Shown: one piece after another, positions 50,601-58,556 of the stretch
Layout of the letters: each line of letters starts with the position of its first letter
How positions within the stretch are numbered: position 1 is the stretch's first letter
NCBI GenBank assembly: GCA_016840085.1
Contig: JAEOTA010000056.1
Span: forward strand, 1-64,000
Reading direction: 5' to 3'
From: Promethearchaeota archaeon
GTDB lineage: Archaea; Asgardarchaeota; Lokiarchaeia; Sigyniarchaeales; SOKP01
DNA length: 64,000 bases
Notes under the pieces: model-generated
Told to the model about the DNA's origin: nothing
Database searches by the model: none
The model's input: only the letters and a program-made list of their open reading frames with translations
Translations under genes and position numbers: made by a program

Positions 50601-51197
50601 AATCATCTAAATCCAGAAATTACAGAAGATTTAAGAATTGTGCAACGAAATGTTAACAGATTGGAAATATTAATGGATCAATTACTTGATGTAATGAAGA
50701 TTGACGAAGATAAATTAAAATTGCAGGTAGAACCTACTAATATATGTAAAATAATTAATAACTGCCTTAATGAATTAAGTTATTTGATTAATGAAAAGAA
50801 TCTTGAGATAATTCTTAATATTGATCCTGAAATGATGTTGAATGTAGACCCAACTCGAATTATGACTGTTTTTTCTAACTTGATCTCAAATGCAATAAAA
50901 TTTACACCTGACTATGGGTGGATTGAAATATCTACCAAAAAAGATAAAAATAAATATTTTTTTGAAATAAAAGATAACGGGATTGGATTAACAGAAAGCG
51001 AAATTGGGCGGTTATTCAAAAAATTTGAAAGGATTAAACAACCGATAATAAGTAAAAGTAGTATTATAAAAGATACTGGAACTGGTCTGGGTCTTTATAT
51101 TACTAAAGGTATAGTTAATGCACATGGCGGAGAAATCTGGGCAACTTCTGAAGGTGAAAATAAAGGATCTACTTTTATCTTTGCATTACCATTTTAA
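47628..51197 (+). CDS. Cytoplasmic multi-PAS sensor histidine kinase
   Basis: About 7 PAS/PAC units linked by DIT..K.AE..LKESE; AHELKTPL, NAIKFT, DNGIG and GTGLGL boxes. Confidence 0.95.
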   Translation: MKMSTAFEDKNRLNRIISENIDDPIFLLNEKFTCEYTNSKILGENKLFIDFIHPNETKHIIKLLKIVLKIGNGIGEARMKLEVNQYDWFEIRGKRIQLDNKTKKIFLICRDITNYKKKEEYYKESQEKLNKLADSLPEIRYWKFLQSKEGIKIVQKTREMLELVIDNIPQLIYWKDKNLVYLGCNKNYAQINEIQEPSNIVGKTDNDLIWLKNNSSHIQERETQVIKTNKADYDVTELLSTPDGNQAWFEINRIPLHDLEGNVVGILVTYENITGRKTAEQKLKESEEKYRGILENIKESYFEVDLRGNITFFNDSLCDLIEYSRNELLGLNYKYIMDEENRKEIFRGFNEVYKTGEPLSHFQYQFKIKSGKTVICETSVYLNYDSKGNKIGFRGITSEITEKYILEQKIKESEEKYRTIFNASPDYIFITDINGNILEMNPIMLKRIGVTLEEVRGRNFSEFYTGDKLDELQKVGEKIREGKMVKGIEFKSKSKLGEIIEYEINSVPLMEDGNVTKILNLARDVSFRKEAEKRLRESEKQYRNIIENTKDTIVIIGLDGKFKYISPQLTTMLGGREVNLQAELFSNIHPDDIKNLVDLFSKAVREKNVLTGEEVEFRALHQNGHYIWLSSSSKNYQDEDGNMIGFITLIRDITDKKIAEQKLKESEKKYRHLFKSSPYGIILVNRKGQIIDANPATEILFGRNMEELINESFLNIRIKPEKILPVFKQRYEAILKGKVPTPLEIQITRSQDRGKIWINIDDSLVEVGGEMLFQVIIQDITEKKIAEQKLKKSQEELQILNRELEQKVKERTKNLIESERQYRTTINSLADPLHVVDKDLRLILINKELHNWLKELNLNSNIFGKQVFEAFPFLPPKVHEEYMQVFDTGIPLITKETTILNNFDVITETRKIPIFREGKVEQVITIIRNITESFKLEQELRQSERKLREQNIELMKMDKIKNDFISMAAHELKTPLISISGYTDYILLKHRNHLNPEITEDLRIVQRNVNRLEILMDQLLDVMKIDEDKLKLQVEPTNICKIINNCLNELSYLINEKNLEIILNIDPEMMLNVDPTRIMTVFSNLISNAIKFTPDYGWIEISTKKDKNKYFFEIKDNGIGLTESEIGRLFKKFERIKQPIISKSSIIKDTGTGLGLYITKGIVNAHGGEIWATSEGENKGSTFIFALPF

Positions 51198-51326
51198 TTT
51201 TATTTAATTAAGAGTTCAATTATTTTTTATTTAATAACAAACAGAAATTTATTTACCTGTTATATTATATTATTGATTTTTCATAAACTAGAGTATTGAA
51301 ATGTCTTATTTGTTTAGAAATTCAAA

Positions 51327-53480
51327 ATGGCTACATTAATTATTACTGAAAAAAATAAAGCAGCAGAAGCTATAGCAAAAGCGTTAGGTACCGCTAAAGT
51401 AATAAAGAAAGCCAAATCCTTAAATATATATATTATTCCTTCGAAAAATATATATGTTGTCCCACTTCGTGGACACATTCTTGAATATAAAAATACTGAT
51501 AGCTATAAAAGTTGGACAAAGACAAATCCAAGGGAAATAATTACAAACCCAAAAGCAATTAAGAAAATTCCTATAAGTTATGCTTACCCCTATATTAATG
51601 CTTTAAAGGAATATTCAAAAATTTCAGATCATTGTGTTATAGGGACGGATGCTGATATTGAAGGATGTAACATTGGATTATTTGATGCACTTCCGTTTGT
51701 AAGACAGGGAAATCCTCATATAAAACTATCACAAATGTGGCTTAGTTCTCTTCAAAAAACTGAAATAATAAATAAGTATAATAACCTTATAGCACCAAAA
51801 TATAGTTGGGGTGAATCAGGAGAAACAAGAGCTTATATAGATGCATTTATAGGGTTTTCAGCTACTCGTGAAGTTACTAACACTCTTCGCCCACTTTTAA
51901 ATAAATTTAGAATTCAATTTACTTCAATTGGTAGAGTTCAAACCAGCCTTCTATATTTAATTTATTTAAGAGAACAGGATATAGTTAATTTTATTCCTGA
52001 ACCATATTTTTTAATTGATGCCATTTTATCTCATAATAAAGGAACTTTCATTGCTCATCATCAATTCAATCCTTTTAACAAGAATGAAAAATCCAAAGCA
52101 AATCAAATTTTTCAGAAGATTAAAGATGAGAAAAAAGGGAAAATTATTGATAATTCTAAAAAATCAAATAAAAGATTCCCTCCTCCTCCATTGAATACTT
52201 CAAAAGCTCTTGTACTTTTAACTAAAAATCTAAAGATTACCGCGAATACTGCATTGAGAACTATGAATACATTATATCTTAATAAAATAATTTCCTATCC
52301 CAGAACGGATAGCGATGTATACAAATCAAGTTTTAATCATCTTGAAATTTTAAAAAAGATCTCTTCACATTCTCAATTTGGGAATTATACAACAAATTTA
52401 TTAAAAAATAATCGAATAAATCCAACAATAGGAAAGAAAGATGCAGGAGATCATCCTCCAATAACGCCTCTAGAAAGTTTAGAGATAAATAGTCCAAAAT
52501 TAGAAAATGATTTGCAGAAAAAAGTTTATGCTCTGCTAACAAGGCATTATCTCGCTCTATTTGGGGAAGCTGCGATAGAATCAAAACAATTATTAAAAAT
52601 CCTGATTAAAGAGGAGCTATTTCAAGCTCAACTTGTATACTTGATTTCTCCAGGATATCTTAAAATTGCTCCTTTTCTTAAACCTAAATATAACGAGATT
52701 ATTCAAATTTTTGGAAATGAAATTCCAATAAATGAAATCTTATTTCTAGATAAAGAAACCAAACCTCAACCAAGATATACCGATACTTCTCTACTTAAAT
52801 TAATGGATAAAAATCATTTAGGTACAAAATCAACAAGACCGATAATAATTAGATTATTACAAACTCGCAATTTGATAAAAAGAATCAAATATACATATTC
52901 CATAACCGATCTAGGTAAATTTTTAATTGAACATCTAATAAAGATATGGATGCCGTTTTTAGAGCCCAATTTTACTAAAAGAGTAGAAGAAAAACTGGAA
53001 GACATTAAAAATAAAAGAAGAAAAATGTACGATGTTGTAAATGATATAAGAACAGAATTTTTGGAATTATTTGACAAGTTTATAGCTAGTAAGAAAGAAT
53101 TAATTTCTAACGCTAATAATTATAAAATAAATTTTACTATACCTCTTACTACTTCAAATTGTCCTTACTGTAAAACAAGTCCAATGAAATTCATAAATTT
53201 AAAGAACAAAAGATTTTTAGTTTGCGCAGATGATAATTGCAAAAAATATTTATCATTACCAAAGAATGGAAAAATAGAGTTATTAGAATCAACGTGTTCT
53301 ATTTGTAAATTCAATATTTTTAAAATTTCTCTTAAAAAGAATAATAAATTTTACAATTATTATTTATGTCCTCAATGTTGGAATGAAGGCTTTAAAGATA
53401 ATTCAGGTAAAGGTTTTTGTTCAAATTGTAAAGAATATAAAATATTTAAGGATGATTGCATAAAAAAAAATAAATCATAA
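51327..53480 (+). CDS. topA: Type IA DNA topoisomerase with C-terminal zinc fingers
   Basis: TOPRIM (TEK, DADIEG), SIGRVQT, catalytic ISYPRTDS and GTKSTR. Confidence 0.92.
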   Translation: MATLIITEKNKAAEAIAKALGTAKVIKKAKSLNIYIIPSKNIYVVPLRGHILEYKNTDSYKSWTKTNPREIITNPKAIKKIPISYAYPYINALKEYSKISDHCVIGTDADIEGCNIGLFDALPFVRQGNPHIKLSQMWLSSLQKTEIINKYNNLIAPKYSWGESGETRAYIDAFIGFSATREVTNTLRPLLNKFRIQFTSIGRVQTSLLYLIYLREQDIVNFIPEPYFLIDAILSHNKGTFIAHHQFNPFNKNEKSKANQIFQKIKDEKKGKIIDNSKKSNKRFPPPPLNTSKALVLLTKNLKITANTALRTMNTLYLNKIISYPRTDSDVYKSSFNHLEILKKISSHSQFGNYTTNLLKNNRINPTIGKKDAGDHPPITPLESLEINSPKLENDLQKKVYALLTRHYLALFGEAAIESKQLLKILIKEELFQAQLVYLISPGYLKIAPFLKPKYNEIIQIFGNEIPINEILFLDKETKPQPRYTDTSLLKLMDKNHLGTKSTRPIIIRLLQTRNLIKRIKYTYSITDLGKFLIEHLIKIWMPFLEPNFTKRVEEKLEDIKNKRRKMYDVVNDIRTEFLELFDKFIASKKELISNANNYKINFTIPLTTSNCPYCKTSPMKFINLKNKRFLVCADDNCKKYLSLPKNGKIELLESTCSICKFNIFKISLKKNNKFYNYYLCPQCWNEGFKDNSGKGFCSNCKEYKIFKDDCIKKNKS

Positions 53481-53528
53481 ACTTCTATTATTATCAAAAT
53501 AAAAGATCTATATTTTTGGTTTTACAAA

Positions 53529-54029
53529 ATGAATAAATTTGGATTTATCTCTTTATTACTTACATTTGTTCTTTATTTTCTTCAGTTTATACCTATGGGG
53601 ATTTCCTTCCAATTTGAAACTCCATTCATAATCACTCTGGTTAAAATTCCAATTCATATTTTTGCTTATGAAAATAATGAAATCTTTTTTTGGGGGATAA
53701 TAGCAAATGGAAATTTCCAATTCTGGTTTAATATTAATATTTTAACTGGTATTTTTTTATTAATTCTCACACCACTTGCAGCAGTTTTAAATATTTTTGG
53801 CTTTTGTAAAGAAAATAAAACTGGAAAAAAATTAATGAATGCGAATTTCGTCATATTATTGATTATTTTTTTATACATTATTATTGGGATTCCTATATAC
53901 AGTGAAGAAATTTTTGGAATTCAATTTGGATATTTTGATATCTTTCTTTATCTCAATTATGGATTTTTTATTCTGTTAATTAATGTTATAATCGCTGGAA
54001 TAGCTTACTTTACACACCCAATTAAATAA
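53529..54029 (+). CDS. Hypothetical membrane protein
   Basis: About 4 TM helices; FFWG and LNYGFF. Confidence 0.7.
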   Translation: MNKFGFISLLLTFVLYFLQFIPMGISFQFETPFIITLVKIPIHIFAYENNEIFFWGIIANGNFQFWFNINILTGIFLLILTPLAAVLNIFGFCKENKTGKKLMNANFVILLIIFLYIIIGIPIYSEEIFGIQFGYFDIFLYLNYGFFILLINVIIAGIAYFTHPIK

Positions 54030-54045
54030 GTGGAGGATCTTTTAA

Positions 54046-54522
54046 ATGGCATTAAAATCAGGTATTTTTGCTGGAATAATCGCATTTATAATTGCTTTCA
54101 TAGCTGAGTTCCCTATATATCCCCCTGAAAATTGGGTAATCAACTTTAAATTATTTTCTTTACACAAAACTAATTTCTATTACTGGGGCTATACAACTAA
54201 TGGTCACGGTGTATTCACGCCCCTTTTAGGCTCTATTCCTGAATGTCTTATTTCTGTTTGTTTTTGGTCTTTTATCTTTATTATTGGATTGAATTCTATA
54301 ATGGCCTCAACTTCTAAAGCAAATCTAAACAATTCTTTAAAATTATTTAAGTTAAATATTTTATTACTGATTTTAATATTAATTATATTTAGTTGGATAG
54401 CAGTAACATTAATTTTAGAAGATTTTAGCTCTTTTTTTGATATTATTGGATTAGGTTATTACTTAACTATTAGTGTTTTGATTCTTAATATAATTGCAGT
54501 AAAGAAAGTAAAAAAATTATAA
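54046..54522 (+). CDS. Hypothetical membrane protein (likely distant paralog of the upstream gene)
   Basis: About 4 TM helices; YYWG and IGLGYY; GGAGG ribosome-binding site. Confidence 0.7.
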   Translation: MALKSGIFAGIIAFIIAFIAEFPIYPPENWVINFKLFSLHKTNFYYWGYTTNGHGVFTPLLGSIPECLISVCFWSFIFIIGLNSIMASTSKANLNNSLKLFKLNILLLILILIIFSWIAVTLILEDFSSFFDIIGLGYYLTISVLILNIIAVKKVKKL

Positions 54523-54535
54523 CACGTTCTGCCTT

Positions 54536-54874
54536 CTAAAAGAAATTTCTCGTCTCGAATCTATATGCTGCTCGCGTTAAACCTACATAATTATCTGAGA
54601 TTTTATAAAACATTTTACCATTTACAATTTTCTTCTGTAAGTAATTATTTTTTAGAGTATGATTGAGAGCGCCGATCATAGTCCCTAGCGTGACTGCTCC
54701 TATAAACCCATGCTGTTTTTTAGTTACTCTTATTAATTCAAGCTCAGAATGCCACTGACCATCGAGTAAAGCTATTAGAATTTCGTTTTTAATTGGAGTT
54801 TTAATATCCTTAATTTTATTAAATAAAATTGAATAGCTAGGTTTATAGTATTTATTTTCCTCAATTCCTTCCAT
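54536..54874 (-). CDS. Winged-helix-like hypothetical protein
   Basis: ILIALLDGQWHSE.EL helix pattern with a C-terminal beta hairpin (K...GKMFYKI). Confidence 0.55.
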   Translation of the reverse strand: MEGIEENKYYKPSYSILFNKIKDIKTPIKNEILIALLDGQWHSELELIRVTKKQHGFIGAVTLGTMIGALNHTLKNNYLQKKIVNGKMFYKISDNYVGLTRAAYRFETRNFF

Positions 54875-54986
54875 TATTTAAATTACCTTTAAAAAAGAGA
54901 GTTTATAATATTAAATAATACTAAATTTTGTTATTTAACTAAATATATTATCACAGTATTATGAAAATTCAATTGGATAATATTCA

Positions 54987-56108
54987 TTATATCAAATCAG
55001 GTGTGATGCCCTCTTTAAAATATCTGGCTCGAGTTATCCAATTGTCTGAGAATTCTGGAATCATGGCCAGAATAGAACCACCAATCCAAACGGAAAATGT
55101 CCTTTCTTGAGGAGCAATAATTCTGAGGGACTGATCTTTTTTCTTCCTCCTAGCCAACTCCAATTCTAATTCTTGATATATACGTGATTTTAGATTAGGG
55201 AACATTGAAGATCCTCCAGATAGAAATATGTTGTTTAATAATTCTGGACGAATATCTAAATCACAAGCTCCAATCACATCTATTATAGCAACGGGTAATG
55301 AGTCTTCCTCTAATTCTGAAGAAGGGTTAAATAAGAGCTCTGGTACAATAAATCTTTCTTTATTCAAAGAAATAGTGGAGCCATCGGGTAAGGAATATTC
55401 CTTTTCATACTGTTCACTTCTTCTTAGGTCTTCTTTATAATCTAGCGATACAAAACAAGCCTTTTCCTTTAATACTCGAACTAGTTCTCGTCTTATAGAT
55501 GAATCTACAGACCATCCAATTGATTCTAATGTTTGTTCCATATACCGAGTTAAGACTCTTCCTCCTATGTCCAAAATCTTTACTGCATGTTCTAATTTAT
55601 AGCCTTCATAAATTGGAACAATTCTGGTATTACTATCACCAATTTCAATAATTAAGCCTGTTTGAAATCCTCCTGAATATAGAGTCAACATAGAATCAAG
55701 TACAGGATAAAAAGCCATGCATTGATACTGCTCTAAGAAAAGTTCAAAAATTTTTTTTAAATCTTTATACGGAAATAAAGGGTGTACAGCAAATAATACA
55801 TGCACCAAAGTGGGATCTACTCTCAAATTATAAAAAATATAATCAATAATGTTTTCAAAACGTGCCCAATCTATAATCATCCCTCGTTCTATAGGATGAG
55901 AAATCTTATATAAACCAATTGATTGAATTTCATCACCAACATAGATTTCATTTTCTCGAGATTCATTTGTTACATAATCAATCCCTACACTTTGGTATTT
56001 GGGCTGCCCAACCATCGTTAAAAATACTTGGCTAGGTGAATCTTCTCCTGCAAATCCGATCTTTGAACTAAACTGACCTATATCTAAAACAACAGTAAGA
56101 TTTCCCAT
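54987..56108 (-). CDS. Asgard actin-family (actin-related) protein
   Basis: KIGFAGEDSP, HPIERG.I.DW, VPIYEGY, KEKACFV, YSLPDG, LSGGSSMFP and SVWIGGSILA. Confidence 0.95.
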   Translation of the reverse strand: MGNLTVVLDIGQFSSKIGFAGEDSPSQVFLTMVGQPKYQSVGIDYVTNESRENEIYVGDEIQSIGLYKISHPIERGMIIDWARFENIIDYIFYNLRVDPTLVHVLFAVHPLFPYKDLKKIFELFLEQYQCMAFYPVLDSMLTLYSGGFQTGLIIEIGDSNTRIVPIYEGYKLEHAVKILDIGGRVLTRYMEQTLESIGWSVDSSIRRELVRVLKEKACFVSLDYKEDLRRSEQYEKEYSLPDGSTISLNKERFIVPELLFNPSSELEEDSLPVAIIDVIGACDLDIRPELLNNIFLSGGSSMFPNLKSRIYQELELELARRKKKDQSLRIIAPQERTFSVWIGGSILAMIPEFSDNWITRARYFKEGITPDLI

Positions 56109-56200
56109 AATTTATATTAATTCAAATTTCTTTTTTGTTAAATAGCCTAAAGACCAATATTTAATATATTATTATACTAATTCAAAAATATTATTTACTT

Positions 56201-56947
56201 TTATACTAATAAAATTTTTAGTGGAGTATATGTAGTTTCCGGCATGAATGCTTCCCCATATTCGCTATTAATCTCATTCCCTCGTAAAATAGCAGTGTCT
56301 TTTGCCCAATCTAAAACGCGTTCTAAAACTTCTTTTTGAGAAATATATACACGATTAAAAATTTCTTTTTTACGTTCCCAGGTCTCAGTAATATCTACAA
56401 TTACAAATACAGATCCTTCAATATATTGAAATTTGCATGATGGGGATTCATAATAATAAACTCCATAAGGTTTCCATTCTCTTCCATGACCTCCGTAAGC
56501 TTTCCCGGTAGAACAATGATAAATTGCTTCTCTTACTACAAATGATAAATTTCGATGCACTCTATGAAAATCTGTATAATGAGGTAATAAAATTACTTGA
56601 GGTTTGTAATCTCTTATCAAATTCGTAATTTCTGCAATTTTTTCTCTTTCTCTCTCTAAATTTGAATAATTTAATTCTATAATTTCACATTTTAAAATTT
56701 CCTTTATAAAATCTAGTTCTTTTTCTCTCTGAGATGATATTGTTTCTTTATCCCGTTGTTTAGCATAACCACCTAATCCCCTAGTAGCTATAACAATAAC
56801 AATTTCAGAACCAAGATCTTGATATTTTAAAATTGTTCCACCACAAGAAATTAATTCATCATCAGGATGTCCTGCAAAGACAATTACTTTTTTTGGTATA
56901 ATTACAGGAAGCTTATCTTCACATATCAAAAATGAATTTTCTGGCAT
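56201..56947 (-). CDS. PIG-L/LmbE family deacetylase
   Basis: HPDDE...GGT, R.KE, H.VH and YGEAF. Confidence 0.9.
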   Translation of the reverse strand: MPENSFLICEDKLPVIIPKKVIVFAGHPDDELISCGGTILKYQDLGSEIVIVIATRGLGGYAKQRDKETISSQREKELDFIKEILKCEIIELNYSNLEREREKIAEITNLIRDYKPQVILLPHYTDFHRVHRNLSFVVREAIYHCSTGKAYGGHGREWKPYGVYYYESPSCKFQYIEGSVFVIVDITETWERKKEIFNRVYISQKEVLERVLDWAKDTAILRGNEINSEYGEAFMPETTYTPLKILLV

Positions 56948-57148
56948 TTAATATTAATTTTATCTTAAATATAAAAAACTTTGTTGAATTTCTATTTGAA
57001 GTTCATATTGAGAATTTAGGATCTACTTCTTAAATTTTAAAGCTACAATAATAAGTAATAAAAAGGAAGAGAAAAAGTATCTTAAGTTTCTATTCTACAA
57101 TTTGATTCTCTCAATAGAATGTATAATTCTACCCAATTAAGGATTTAG

Positions 57149-57871
57149 CTATTCTCCTCTCATGATCTTCTTCAATCTATTTAACTCATCGAGCATTTCA
57201 TCTCTAAGAGATCCTAAACCACCGCCTACTTGAGGAGCAGCTGCAGGTGCTGTAGGAGCTGCTGTGCCAGGAGGTCTTGGCGGTCCGCCACTAGGAGCTG
57301 TGGCAGGTGGTGCAGTTGGAGCGACAGGTCTTTTTGCAAATGTTGGTGCTTTTGGTGGACCACCACCAGCTGGAACTTTAGGGGGACCTCCACCTGAAGG
57401 AGGTAGTTTAGGGGCGGGTGGCAAATTACCACGCTTAGGGGGACCGCCACCAGGAGGTGCTTTAGGAGGACCTCCACTAGGGGGTGCCTTTGGAGGACCA
57501 CCACCAGGTGGCGCTTTAGGAGGACTACCACCACTTGGAGGAGCAGGGGTAGCTGTCAGACTGGGGGGAGGTGGAGCTGCTGCTGAAGCCTCAGATGGAA
57601 CTCCTCCGCTTAATAAGGAAAATAATGTGCTAGCTGCGGCTGTTTTAGCAGTATCAGGGGTTGCTGCTGCTACTATTTTTTTAGAGGAAGTACTTACTGT
57701 TTGAACTTCTTCTACAGTAATATCTTTTAAATCCTTCTGGGCTTTAGCTAAAGACTTGATAAAATCATTAATTCCTTTTACAGACTCCTCAAGATCATCA
57801 GCTAAAGAAGTTAGACCTTTTTTCATAAAATTAATAACGCGTTCGATTTTTTTTTGCTCTTTTGAAACCAC
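57149..57871 (-). CDS. Proline-rich protein with N- and C-terminal coiled-coil helices (VASP/NPF-like architecture)
   Basis: GGPPKAPP repeats; terminal GGLGSLRDEMLDELNRLKKIM. Confidence 0.8.
   Translation of the reverse strand: MVSKEQKKIERVINFMKKGLTSLADDLEESVKGINDFIKSLAKAQKDLKDITVEEVQTVSTSSKKIVAAATPDTAKTAAASTLFSLLSGGVPSEASAAAPPPPSLTATPAPPSGGSPPKAPPGGGPPKAPPSGGPPKAPPGGGPPKRGNLPPAPKLPPSGGGPPKVPAGGGPPKAPTFAKRPVAPTAPPATAPSGGPPRPPGTAAPTAPAAAPQVGGGLGSLRDEMLDELNRLKKIMRGE
57340..57540 (-). repeat. 27-nt intragenic repeats encoding GG(G/S)PPKAPP
   Basis: Four tandem plus two degenerate units are visible in the translation. Confidence 0.85.
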
Positions 57872-58152
57872 GTCTTACTCAATTCCTCTAATATTATTGA
57901 AAGTTTGATAAAAAGTTATTATTACTAGTAATAATCTAATATTTTAATTATATAATAAATTAATATGTATTTATATTTTTATTCCATTCTTGAATGAACT
58001 TTTAATTTGAACTAACCAGTATTTCTGAAAAAACGTTAATTATTAAAAAACCTAAACTAATAATATTATATAACATATTTCATTAGTAATTTTTAAATTA
58101 ATTACATTATAAATTCAAAAAAAAAATAAGACATAACTAAAATTTTTGCATT

Positions 58153-58158
58153 GGTGAT
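58153..58158 (+). promoter_or_regulatory. Shine-Dalgarno GGTGAT for the intron-split gene
   Basis: Complementary to the archaeal 16S 3' end; ends 5 nt before ATT 58164. Confidence 0.65.
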
Positions 58159-58163
58159 TAAAT

Positions 58164-58498
58164 ATTCCTAAAAGAGAGCTCTTCATAATAGACTTAACAC
58201 TCCGTTAGGTTTGTGAAAAAAGGGTATATGAAATAGTAAACGAGCTCAAAATACCACTGTTCCATTGAGATCTCCTCATTTTACATTTGGAGTGGACATT
58301 GACGAGCGCGTTTATGATAAGGTTACTTTCAGTACGGGATCGGCGATCGCATCCGTCATTTTCAAATTTGAAGAGGATGAATCTGTAATCCGAGGATTCC
58401 TCGGTCTTGCTGAATACTTTCATACTGTTGTAATTAAGCGTAAGGACGAGTTTTTCATTCCTCATGCGTCTATATTGTTCCGTTTGATTAGCGCTTAA
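58164..58498 (+). CDS. 88-aa protein encoded by three exons: join(58164..58188,58219..58259,58298..58498), ATT start
   Basis: Spliced product: MPKRELFIKRVYEIVNELKIPLIDERVYDKVTFSTGSAIASVIFKFEEDESVIRGFLGLAEYFHTVVIKRKDEFFIPHASILFRLISA. Exons total 25+41+201=267 nt. The ORF track's TTG 58265 start lies inside intron 2. Confidence 0.75.
58189..58218 (+). other. Putative BHB intron 1 (30 nt, contains in-frame UAG)
   Basis: Central helix UCAU(58183-86)/GUGA(58213-16); bulges AAU and AAA; 9-bp intron stem AGACUUAAC/GUUAGGUUU; exon helix GCUCU/AGGGU. Confidence 0.7.
58260..58297 (+). other. Putative BHB intron 2 (38 nt, frameshifting, contains in-frame UGA)
   Basis: Central helix CCAC(58254-57)/GUGG(58292-95); bulges UGU and ACA; intron stem UCCA/UGGA plus UGAG/CUCA; closing A-U pair and GCUC/GAGC exon helix. 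Confidence 0.78.
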
Positions 58499-58556
58499 AA
58501 TTTATTTTTTTTTACTTTTATTTTATAGATTACTAATTTTATAAACGTACTACTAA

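Noticed and set aside
57226-57704. Alternative-frame and antisense ORFs over the proline-rich gene
   Set aside because: Shadows of GC-rich repeat codons.
58188-58219. Alternative BHB register for intron 1 (UUCA/UGAA helix, 32-nt intron)
   Set aside because: Splicing gives ATA AAG GGT ATA TGA (immediate stop) and leaves a C-A mismatch closing the bulge. The 30-nt register keeps the frame. Not formally excluded without RNA data.
58172-58264. Selenocysteine read-through of TGA 58214 and TGA 58229, in frame with the TTG-58265 ORF
   Set aside because: That frame has no start (TAA at 58169), no redox-motif context and no evident SECIS. The two-intron model explains the RBS, both hairpins and the frame.
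58265-58297. ORF-track N-terminus MRSPHFTFGVD
   Set aside because: It lies within predicted intron 2 and has no RBS; probably an artefact of the unspliced sequence.
58164-58310. tRNA or rRNA-processing stem as the source of the BHB motifs
   Set aside because: There is no cloverleaf, T-loop (GTTCRA) or rRNA sequence nearby, and the flanks read as protein.
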